Source: Utricularia gibba (lineage: Eukaryota > Plantae > Magnoliophyta). From it: 21,410 bases of DNA. The notes under the pieces were generated by a model. That model did no database searches, had not been told where the DNA came from, and saw only the letters and a program-made list of their open reading frames with translations. The position numbers and the translations under genes were made by a program. The stretch is taken from contig NEEC01000174.1 of NCBI GenBank assembly GCA_002189035.1, positions 1 to 21,410 of the forward strand, written 5' to 3'. Within the stretch, counting starts at the first letter, position 1, and every line of letters starts with the position of its first letter. Positions 1 to 12,030 of this stretch are shown here, in pieces.

Positions 1-459
1 ATATGGTGTCAAACTTCATCGGATATGCGATCAAGATGGAAAAAAGTCACATGTTACATCATGAATTTCGTGGCATCACTTATCCCAACACTATTATACT
101 CCAGGTACGCAAAAATGTTTACTTTTAACGAATCCAGTGCACGTGTGATTTTTAGGCTGCACCCCGAATGGTGATGCGCAATGAAATGACTAGTCGCACA
201 TCCTGGTCCACGAAGCACCTCTTCCAAAACATGCAGATCTAACTCTTCATAGCACACCATTGGGAAGCCCGATTCGTGCTCCAAGTAGTATAATTTGGAG
301 TTACGTTTGTCCGATAACTGTGGACATATTAAAAACAAACCACAACGAAAAGTGTCTTACGTGTCCTTCCTTGGTGGCTGCGTTTAATATTGTGCTTCTC
401 GTTCTCGAAATTGATGCAAACAAGATACACGGCAAAAGAATCAAATAGCCACTAGAGAC

Positions 460-988
460 ATGGTGTATGGGAATGGTGCATCAAGAATCAGAAGTATCAT
501 GGCAACTAATTGAATCAATCAACAGCCAAAACATATGGTGTCAAACTTCATCGGATATGCGATCAAGATGGAAAAAGTCACATGTTACATCATGAATTTC
601 GTGGCATCACTTATCCCAACACTGTTATACTCAGGATATGCGTAAATATTTATTTTTAACAAATCCGGTGCACGTGTGATTTTTAGGCTGCACCCGAATG
701 GTGATGCGCAATGAAATGACTATGTCGCACATCCTGGTCCACGAAGCACCTCTTCAAAAAAAGATGCCCTAACTCTTCATAGCACACCATTGGGAAGCCC
801 GATTCGAGCTCCAAGTAGTATAATTTGGAGTTTCGTTTGTCCATAACTGTGGACATATTAAAAACAAACCACAACGAAAAGTGTCTTACGTGTCCTTCCT
901 TGGTGGCTGCGTTTAATATTGTGCTTCTCGTTCTCGAAATTGATGCAAACAAGATACACGGCAAAAGAATCAAATAGCCACTAGAGAC
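460..988 (+). repeat. Diverged monomer variant (substitution-rich copy)
   Basis: 621-670 aligns ungapped to the consensus with 11 mismatches in 50 bp, 9 of them transitions; further differences occur at ~755-835. Confidence 0.75.
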
Positions 989-3900
989 ATGGTGTATGGG
1001 AATGGTGCATCAAGAATCAGAAGTATCATGGCAACTAATTGAATCAATCAACAGCCAAAACATATGGTGTCAAACTTCATCGGATATGCGATCAAGATGG
1101 AAAAAAGTCACATGTTACATCATGAATTTCGTGGCATCACTTATCCCAACACTATTATACTCCAGGTACGCAAAAATGTTTACTTTTAACGAATCCAGTG
1201 CACGTGTGATTTTTAGGCTGCACCCGAATGGTGATGCGCAATGAAATGACTATGTCGCACATCCTGTCCACGAAGCACCTTCCAAAACATGCAGATCCTA
1301 ACTCTTCATAGCACACCATTGGGAAGCCCTATTCGTGCTCCAAGTAGTATAATTTGGAGTTACGTTTGTCCGATAACTGTGGACATATTAAAAACAACCA
1401 CAACGAAAAGTGTCTTACGTGTCCTTCCTTGGTGGCTGCGTTTAATAATGTGCTTCTCGTTCTCGAAATTGATGCAAAAGATACACGGCAAAAGAATCAA
1501 ATAGCCACTAGAGACATGGTGTATGGGAATGGTGTATCAAGAATCAGAAGTATCATGGCAACTAATTGCATCAATCAACAGCCAAAACATATGGTGTCAA
1601 ACTTCATCGGATATGCGATCAAGATGGAAAAAAGTCACATGTTACATCATGAATTTCGTGGCATCACTTATCCCAACACTATTATACTCCAGGTACGCAA
1701 AAATGTTTACTTTTAACGAATCCAGTGCACGTGTGATTTTTCGGCTGCACCCGAATGGTGATGCGCAATGAAATGACTATGTCGCACATCCTGGTCCACG
1801 AAGCACCTCTTCCAAAACATGCAGATGCTAACTCTTCATAGCACACCATTGGGAAGCCCTATTCGTGCTCCAAGTAGTATAATTTGGAGTTACGTTTGTC
1901 CATAACTGTGGACATATTAAAAACAAACCACAACGAAAAGTGTCTTACGTGTCCTTCCTTGGTGGCTGCGTTTAATAATGTGCTTCTCGTTCTCGAAATT
2001 GATGCAAACAAGATACACGGCAAAAGAATCAAATAGCCACTAGAGACATGGTGTATGGGAATGGTGTATCAAGAATCAGAAGTATCATGGCAACTAATTG
2101 CATCAATCAACAGCCAAAACATATGGTGTCAAACTTCATCGGATATGCGATCAAGATGGAAAAAAGTCACATGTTACATCATGAATTTCGTGGCATCACT
2201 TATCCCAACACTATTATACTCCAGGTACGCAAAAATGTTTACTTTTAACGAATCCAGTGCACGTGTGATTTTTAGGCTGCACCCGAATGGTGATGCGCAA
2301 TGAAATGACTATGTCGCACATCCTGGTCCACGAAGCACCTCTTCCAAAACATGCAGATGCTAACTCTTCATAGCACACCATTGGGAAGCCCTATTCGTGC
2401 TCCAAGTAGTATAATTTGGAGTTACGTTTGTCCCATAACTGTGGACATATTAAAAACAAACCACAACGAAAAGTGTCTTACGTGTCCTTCCTTGGTGGCT
2501 GCGTTTAATAATGTGCTTCTCGTTCTCGAAATTGATGCAAACAAGATACACGGCAAAAGAATCAAATAGCCACTAGAGACATGGTGTATGGGAATGGTGT
2601 ATCAAGAATCAGAAGTATCATGGCAACTAATTGCATCAATCAACAGCCAAAACATATGGTGTCAAACTTCATCGGATATGCGATCAAGATGGAAAAAAGT
2701 CACATGTTACATCATGAATTTCGTGGCATCACTTATCCCAACACTATTATACTCCAGGTACGCAAAAATGTTTACTTTTAACGAATCCAGTGCACGTGTG
2801 ATTTTTCGGCTGCACCCCGAATGGTGATGCGCAATGAAATGACTATGTCGCACATCCTGGTCCACGAAGCACCTCTTCCAAAACATGCAGATGCTAACTC
2901 TTCATAGCACACCATTGGGAAGCCCTATTCGTGCTCCAAGTAGTATAATTTGGAGTTACGTTTGTCCCATAACTGTGGACATATTAAAAACAAACCACAA
3001 CGAAAAGTGTCTTACGTGTCCTTCCTTGGTGGCTGCGTTTAATAATGTGCTTCTCGTTCTCGAAATTGATGCAAATGATACACGGCAAAAGAATCAAATA
3101 GCCACTAGAGACATGGTGTATGGGAATGGTGTATCAAGAATCAGAAGTATCATGGCAACTAATTGCATCAATCAACAGCCAAAACATATGGTGTCAAACT
3201 TCATCGGATATGCGATCAAGATGGAAAAAAGTCACATGTTACATCATGAATTTCGTGGCATCACTTATCCCAACACTATTATACTCAGGTACGCAAAAAT
3301 GTTTACTTTTAACGAATCCAGTGCACGTGTGATTTTTCGGCTGCACCCCGAATGGTGATGCGCAATGAAATGACTATGTCGCACATCCTGGTCCACGAAG
3401 CACCTCTTCCAAAACATGCAGAGCTAACTCTTCATAGCACACCATTGGGAAGCCCTATTCGTGCTCCAAGTAGTATAATTTGGAGTTACGTTTGTCCCAT
3501 AACTGTGGACATATTAAAAACAAACCACAACGAAAAGTGTCTTACGTGTCCTTCCTTGGTGGCTGCGTTTAATAATGTGCTTCTCGTTCTCGAAATTGAT
3601 GCAAAGATACACGGCAAAAGAATCAAATAGCCACTAGAGACATGGTGTATGGGAATGGTGTATCAAGAATCAGAAGTATCATGGCAACTAATTGCATCAA
3701 TCAACAGCCAAAACATATGGTGTCAAACTTCATCGGATATGCGATCAAGATGGAAAAAAGTCACATGTTACATCATGAATTTCGTGGCATCACTTATCCC
3801 AACACTATTATACTCCAGGTACGCAAAAATGTTTACTTTTAACGAATCCAGTGCACGTGTGATTTTTCGGCTGCACCCCGAATGGTGATGCGCAATGAAA

Positions 3901-6834
3901 TGACTATGTCGCACATCCTGGTCCACGAAGCACCTCTTCCAAAACATGCAGAGCTAACTCTTCATAGCACACCATTGGGAAGCCCTATTCGTGCTCCAAG
4001 TAGTATAATTGGAGTTACGTTTGTCCCATAACTGTGGACATATTAAAAACAAACCACAACGAAAAGTGTCTTACGTGTCCTTCCTTGGTGGCTGCGTTTA
4101 ATAATGTGCTTCTCGTTCTCGAAATTGATGCAAACAAGATACACGGCAAAAGAATCAAATAGCCACTAGAGACATGGTGTATGGGAATGGTGTATCAAGA
4201 ATCAGAAGTATCATGGCAACTAATTGAATCAATCAACAGCCAAAACATATGGTGTCAAACTTCATCGGATATGCGATCAAGATGGAAAAAAGTCACATGT
4301 TACATCATGAATTTCGTGGCATCACTTATCCCAACACTATTATACTCCAGGTACGCAAAAATGTTTACTTTTAACGAATCCAGTGCACGTGTGATTTTTA
4401 GGCTGCACCCCGAATGGTGATGCGCAATGAAATGACTATGTCGCACATCCTGTCACGAAGCACCTCTTCCAAAACATGCAGATGCTAACTCTTCATAGCA
4501 CACCATTGGGAAGCCCTATTCGTGCTCCAAGTAGTATAATTTGGAGTTACGTTTGTCCCATAACTGTGGACATATTAAAAACAAACCACAACGAAAAGTG
4601 TCTTACGTGTCCTTCCTTGGTGGCTGCGTTTAATAATGTGCTTCTCGTTCTCGAAATTGATGCAAATGGATACACGGCAAAAGAATCAAATAGCCACTAG
4701 AGACATGGTGTATGGGAATGGTGTATCAAGAATCAGAAGTATCATGGCAACTAATTGCATCAATCAACAGCCAAAACATATGTGTCAAACTTCATCGGAT
4801 ATGCGATCAAGATGGAAAAAAGTCACATGTTACATCATGAATTTCGTGGCATCACTTATCCCAACACTATTATACTCCAGGTACGCAAAAATGTTTACTT
4901 TTAACGAATCCAGTGCACGTGTGATTTTTAGGCTGCACCCCGAATGGTGATGCGCAATGAAATGACTATGTCGCACATCCTGGTCCACGAAGCACCTCTT
5001 CCAAAACATGCAGATGCTAACTCTTCATAGCACACCATTGGGAAGCCCTATTCGTGCTCCAAGTAGTATAATTTGGAGTTACGTTTGTCCCATAACTGTG
5101 GACATATTAAAAACAAACCACAACGAAAAGTGTCTTACGTGTCCTTCCTTGGTGGCTGCGTTTAATAATGTGCTTCTCGTTCTCGAAATTGATGCAAATG
5201 GGATACACGGCAAAAGAATCAAATAGCCACTAGAGACATGGTGTATGGGAATGGTGTATCAAGAATCAGAAGTATCATGGCAACTAATTGAATCAATCAA
5301 CAGCCAAAACATATGGTGTCAAACTTCATCGGATATGCGATCAAGATGGAAAAAAGTCACATGTTACATCATGAATTTCGTGGCATCACTTATCCCAACA
5401 CTATTATACTCCAGGTACGCAAAAATGTTTACTTTTAACGAATCCAGTGCACGTGTGATTTTTCGGCTGCACCCCGAATGGTGATGCGCAATGAAATGAC
5501 TATGTCGCACATCCTGGTCCACGAAGCACCTCTTCCAAAACATGCAGAGCTAACTCTTCATAGCACACCATTGGGAAGCCCTATTCGTGCTCCAAGTAGT
5601 ATAATTTGGAGTTACGTTTGTCCCATAACTGTGGACATATTAAAAACAAACCACAACGAAAAGTGTCTTACGTGTCCTTCCTTGGTGGCTGCGTTTAATA
5701 ATGTGCTTCTCGTTCTCGAAATTGATGCAAAAGATACACGGCAAAAGAATCAAATAGCCACTAGAGACATGGTGTATGGGAATGGTGTATCAAGAATCAG
5801 AAGTATCATGGCAACTAATTGCATCAATCAACAGCCAAAACATATGGTGTCAAACTTCATCGGATATGCGATCAAGATGGAAAAAAGTCACATGTTACAT
5901 CATGAATTTCGTGGCATCACTTATCCCAACACTATTATACTCCAGGTACGCAAAAATGTTTACTTTTAACGAATCCAGTGCACGTGTGATTTTTAGGCTG
6001 CACCCCGAATGGTGATGCGCAATGAAATGACTATGTCGCACATCCTGGTCCACGAAGCACCTCTTCCAAAACATGCAGATGCTAACTCTTCATAGCACAC
6101 CATTGGGAAGCCCTATTCGTGCTCCAAGTAGTATAATTTGGAGTTACGTTTGTCCCATAACTGTGGACATATTAAAAACAAACCACAACGAAAAGTGTCT
6201 TACGTGTCCTTCCTTGGTGGCTGCGTTTAATAATGTGCTTCTCGTTCTCGAAATTGATGCAAACAAGATACACGGCAAAAGAATCAAATAGCCACTAGAG
6301 ACATGGTGTATGGGAATGGTGTATCAAGAATCAGAAGTATCATGGCAACTAATTGCATCAATCAACAGCCAAAACATATGGTGTCAAACTTCATCGGATA
6401 TGCGATCAAGATGGAAAAAAGTCACATGTTACATCATGAATTTCGTGGCATCACTTATCCCAACACTATTATACTCCAGGTACGCAAAAATGTTTACTTT
6501 TAACGAATCCAGTGCACGTGTGATTTTTAGGCTGCACCCGAATGGTGATGCGCAATGAAATGACTATGTCGCACATCCTGTCCACGAAGCACCTCTTCCA
6601 AAACATGCAGATGCTAACTCTTCATAGCACACCATTGGGAAGCCCTATTCGTGCTCCAAGTAGTATAATTTGGAGTTACGTTTGTCCCATAACTGTGGAC
6701 ATATTAAAAACAAACCACAACGAAAAGTGTCTTACGTGTCCTTCCTTGGTGGCTGCGTTTAATAATGTGCTTCTCGTTCTCGAAATTGATGCAAACAAGA
6801 TACACGGCAAAAGAATCAAATAGCCACTAGAGAC

Positions 6835-7368
6835 ATGGTGTATGGGAATGGTGTATCAAGAATCAGAAGTATCATGGCAACTAATTGCATCAATCAACAG
6901 CCAAAACATATGGTGTCAAACTTCATCGGATATGCGATCAAGATGGAAAAAAGTCACATGTTACATCATGAATTTCGTGGCATCACTTATCCCAACACTA
7001 TTATACTCCAGGTACGCAAAAATGTTTACTTTTAACGAATCCAGTGCACGTGTGATTTTTCGGCTGCACCCCGAATGGTGATGCGCAATGAAATGACTAT
7101 GTCGCACATCCTGGTCCACGAAGCACCTCTTCCAAAACATGCAGATGCTAACTCTTCATAGCACACCATTGGGAAGCCCTATTCGTGCTCCAAGTAGTAT
7201 AATTTGGAGTTACGTTTGTCCCATAACTGTGGACATATTAAAAACAAACCACAACGAAAAGTGTCTTACGTGTCCTTCCTTGGTGGCTGCGTTTAATAAT
7301 GTGCTTCTCGTTCTCGAAATTGATGCAAACAAGATACACGGCAAAAGAATCAAATAGCCACTAGAGAC
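6835..7368 (+). repeat. Representative full-length consensus monomer (534 bp, ~41% GC), used as the coordinate reference
   Basis: Start-to-start distance 6835 to 7369 is 534; 5769 to 6303 is also 534. Shorter copies differ mainly by 1-3 bp losses in homopolymers (A6, C4, C3) or at variable sites. Hand count is about 220 G+C in 534. Confidence 0.92.
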
Positions 7369-10300
7369 ATGGTGTATGGGAATGGTGTATCAAGAATCAG
7401 AAGTATCATGGCAACTAATTGCATCAATCAACAGCCAAAACATATGGTGTCAAACTTCATCGGATATGCGATCAAGATGGAAAAAGTCACATGTTACATC
7501 ATGAATTTCGTGGCATCACTTATCCCAACACTATTATACTCCAGGTACGCAAAAATGTTTACTTTTAACGAATCCAGTGCACGTGTGATTTTTAGGCTGC
7601 ACCCGAATGGTGATGCGCAATGAAATGACTATGTCGCACATCCTGGTCACGAAGCACCTCTTCCAAAACATGCAGATGCTAACTCTTCATAGCACACCAT
7701 TGGGAAGCCCTATTCGTGCTCCAAGTAGTATAATTTGGAGTTACGTTTGTCCCATAACTGTGGACATATTAAAAACAAACCACAACGAAAAGTGTCTTAC
7801 GTGTCCTTCCTTGGTGGCTGCGTTTAATAATGTGCTTCTCGTTCTCGAAATTGATGCAAATGGATACACGGCAAAAGAATCAAATAGCCACTAGAGACAT
7901 GGTGTATGGGAATGGTGTATCAAGAATCAGAAGTATCATGGCAACTAATTGCATCAATCAACAGCCAAAACATATGGTGTCAAACTTCATCGGATATGCG
8001 ATCAAGATGGAAAAAAGTCACATGTTACATCATGAATTTCGTGGCATCACTTATCCCAACACTATTATACTCAGGTACGCAAAAATGTTTACTTTTAACG
8101 AATCCAGTGCACGTGTGATTTTTAGGCTGCACCCGAATGGTGATGCGCAATGAAATGACTATGTCGCACATCCTGTCACGAAGCACCTCTTCCAAAACAT
8201 GCAGATGCTAACTCTTCATAGCACACCATTGGGAAGCCCTATTCGTGCTCCAAGTAGTATAATTTGGAGTTACGTTTGTCCATAACTGTGGACATATTAA
8301 AAACAAACCACAACGAAAAGTGTCTTACGTGTCCTTCCTTGGTGGCTGCGTTTAATAATGTGCTTCTCGTTCTCGAAATTGATGCAAATATACACGGCAA
8401 AAGAATCAAATAGCCACTAGAGACATGGTGTATGGGAATGGTGTATCAAGAATCAGAAGTATCATGGCAACTAATTGCATCAATCAACAGCCAAAACATA
8501 TGGTGTCAAACTTCATCGGATATGCGATCAAGATGGAAAAAAGTCACATGTTACATCATGAATTTCGTGGCATCACTTATCCCAACACTATTATACTCCA
8601 GGTACGCAAAAATGTTTACTTTTAACGAATCCAGTGCACGTGTGATTTTTCGGCTGCACCCCGAATGGTGATGCGCAATGAAATGACTATGTCGCACATC
8701 CTGGTCCACGAAGCACCTCTTCCAAAACATGCAGATGCTAACTCTTCATAGCACACCATTGGGAAGCCCTATTCGTGCTCCAAGTAGTATAATTTGGAGT
8801 TACGTTTGTCCATAACTGTGGACATATTAAAAACAAACCACAACGAAAAGTGTCTTACGTGTCCTTCCTTGGTGGCTGCGTTTAATAATGTGCTTCTCGT
8901 TCTCGAAATTGATGCAAATATACACGGCAAAAGAATCAAATAGCCACTAGAGACATGGTGTATGGGAATGGTGTATCAAGAATCAGAAGTATCATGGCAA
9001 CTAATTGCATCAATCAACAGCCAAAACATATGGTGTCAAACTTCATCGGATATGCGATCAAGATGGAAAAAGTCACATGTTACATCATGAATTTCGTGGC
9101 ATCACTTATCCCAACACTATTATACTCCAGGTACGCAAAAATGTTTACTTTTAACGAATCCAGTGCACGTGTGATTTTTAGGCTGCACCCGAATGGTGAT
9201 GCGCAATGAAATGACTATGTCGCACATCCTGTCACGAAGCACCTCTTCCAAAACATGCAGATGCTAACTCTTCATAGCACACCATTGGGAAGCCCTATTC
9301 GTGCTCCAAGTAGTATAATTTGGAGTTACGTTTGTCCCATAACTGTGGACATATTAAAAACAAACCACAACGAAAAGTGTCTTACGTGTCCTTCCTTGGT
9401 GGCTGCGTTTAATAATGTGCTTCTCGTTCTCGAAATTGATGCAAATGGATACACGGCAAAAGAATCAAATAGCCACTAGAGACATGGTGTATGGGAATGG
9501 TGTATCAAGAATCAGAAGTATCATGGCAACTAATTGATCAATCAACAGCCAAAACATATGGTGTCAAACTTCATCGGATATGCGATCAAGATGGAAAAAA
9601 GTCACATGTTACATCATGAATTTCGTGGCATCACTTATCCCAACACTATTATACTCCAGGTACGCAAAAATGTTTACTTTTAACGAATCCAGTGCACGTG
9701 TGATTTTTAGGCTGCACCCGAATGGTGATGCGCAATGAAATGACTATGTCGCACATCCTGGTCACGAAGCACCTCTTCCAAAACATGCAGATCCTAACTC
9801 TTCAGCACACCATTGGGAAGCCCTATTCGTGCTCCAAGTAGTATAATTTGGAGTTACGTTTGTCCATAACTGTGGACATATTAAAAACAAACCACAACGA
9901 AAAGTGTCTTACGTGTCCTTCCTTGGTGGCTGCGTTTACTTCTCGTTCTCGAAATTGATGCACACGGCAACAAATAGCCACTAGAGACATGGTGTATGGG
10001 AAATCAAGAATCAGAAGTATCATGGCAACTAATTGAATCAATCAACAGCCAAAACATATGTGTCAAACTTCATCGGATATGCGATCAAGATGGAAAAAAG
10101 TCACATGTTACATCATGAATTTCGTGGCATCACTTATCCCAACACTATTATACTCCAGGTACGCAACGAATCCAGTGCACGTGTGATTTTTCGGCTGCAC
10201 CCCGAATGGTGATGCGCAATGAAATGACTATGTCGCACATCACGAAGCACCTCTTCCAAAACATGCAGATGCTAACTCTTCATAGCACACCATTGGGAAG

Positions 10301-11860
10301 CCCTATTCGTGCTCCAAGTAGTATAATTTGGAGTTACGTTTGTCCCATAACTGTGGACATATTAAAAACAAACCACAACGAAAAGTGTCTTACGTGTCCT
10401 TCCTTGGTGGCTGCGTTTAATAATGTGCTTCTCGTTCTCGAAATTGATGCAAATGGGATACACGGCAAAAGAATCAAATAGCCACTAGAGACATGGTGTA
10501 TGGGAATGGTGCATCAAGAATCAGAAGTATCATGGCAACTAATTGATCAATCAACAGCCAAAACATATGGTCAAACTTCATCGGATATGCGATCAAGATG
10601 GAAAAAAGTCACATGTTACATCATGAATTTCGTGGCATCACTTATCCCAACACTATTATACTCCAGGTACGCAAAAATGTTTACTTTTAACGAATCCAGT
10701 GCACGTGTGATTTTTCGGCTGCACCCCGAATGGTGATGCGCAATGAAATGACTATGTCGCACATCCTGGTCCACGAAGCACCTCTTCCAAAACATGCAGA
10801 TGCTAACTCTTCATAGCACACCATTGGGAAGCCCTATTCGTGCTCCAAGTAGTATAATTTGGAGTTACGTTTGTCCCATAACTGTGGACATATTAAAAAC
10901 AAACCACAACGAAAAGTGTCTTACGTGTCCTTCCTTGGTGGCTGCGTTTAATAATGTGCTTCTCGTTCTCGAAATTGATGCAAATGGATACACGGCAAAA
11001 GAATCAAATAGCCACTAGAGACATGGTGTATGGGAATGGTGTATCAAGAATCAGAAGTATCATGGCAACTAATTGCATCAATCAACAGCCAAAACATATG
11101 GTGTCAAACTTCATCGGATATGCGATCAAGATGGAAAAAGTCACATGTTACATCATGAATTTCGTGGCATCACTTATCCCAACACTATTATACTCCAGGT
11201 ACGCAAAAATGTTTACTTTTAACGAATCCAGTGCACGTGTGATTTTTCGGCTGCACCCCGAATGGTGATGCGCAATGAAATGACTATGTCGCACATCCTG
11301 GTCCACGAAGCACCTCTTCCAAAACATGCAGATGCTAACTCTTCATAGCACACCATTGGGAAGCCCTATTCGTGCTCCAAGTAGTATAATTTGGAGTTAC
11401 GTTTGTCCCATAACTGTGGACATATTAAAAACAAACCACAACGAAAAGTGTCTTACGTGTCCTTCCTTGGTGGCTGCGTTTAATAATGTGCTTCTCGTTC
11501 TCGAAATTGATGCAAAGATACACGGCAAAAGAATCAAATAGCCACTAGAGACATGGTGTATGGGAATGGTGTATCAAGAATCAGAAGTATCATGGCAACT
11601 AATTGCATCAATCAACAGCCAAAACATATGGTGTCAAACTTCATCGGATATGCGATCAAGATGGAAAAAAGTCACATGTTACATCATGAATTTCGTGGCA
11701 TCACTTATCCCAACACTATTATACTCCAGGTACGCAAAAATGTTTACTTTTAACGAATCCAGTGCACGTGTGATTTTTAGGCTGCACCCGAATGGTGATG
11801 CGCAATGAAATGACTATGTCGCACATCCTGACGAAGCACCTCTTCCAAAACATGCAGATG

Positions 11861-12030
11861 CATATAAACATGTCGAAAAGTGTCTTACGTGTCCTTCCTT
11901 GGTGGCTGCGTTTAATAACCTCCCACTCCATCAAGAATCATGGCAGATGCTAACTCATTCGATAGCACACCATGAATGGGAAGCCCTAGTTCGTGCTCCA
12001 ATCCTGTCCAGTATAATGGGAGTATACGTT
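11861..12030 (+). other. Scrambled insertion within a monomer (copy length 626 bp)
   Basis: After monomer position ~313 an out-of-place block from positions ~421-465 appears at ~11875-11918, then a fragment of positions ~20-31, before the monomer resumes near position 308. Confidence 0.65.

Noticed and set aside
6927-6939. 5S rRNA, snRNA or tRNA tandem gene array (GGATATGCGATCA resembles the plant 5S 5' end)
   Set aside because: The similarity stops after ~10 nt; no 5S internal boxes, cloverleaf or snRNA motifs are seen.
7043-7052. Overlapping palindromes GTGCAC/CACGTG (E-box) as a regulatory site
   Set aside because: Single 6-bp palindromes are expected by chance; there is no supporting context.
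7162-7194. C2H2 zinc-finger linker-like peptide HTIGKPYSCSK
   Set aside because: It is flanked by stops on both sides, lacks the second Cys and the His pair, and the G346 allele changes Y to D.
6835-7368. Never-ending ORF concatemer (as in the DRT2 neo product)
   Set aside because: The length is a multiple of 3, but all six frames contain at least 3 stops per monomer under the standard code, and a TAG remains even with TGA recoding.
6835-7368. Viroid/Obelisk-like circular RNA
   Set aside because: No extended self-complementarity by eye (only 6-8 bp matches) and no hammerhead core (CTGATGA...GAAA) on either strand. A folding and Rfam/Infernal run would be the formal test.
6835-7368. Trimer of a 178-bp nucleosome-sized satellite (534 = 3 x 178)
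   Set aside because: The three thirds show no similarity to one another; the halves do not either.
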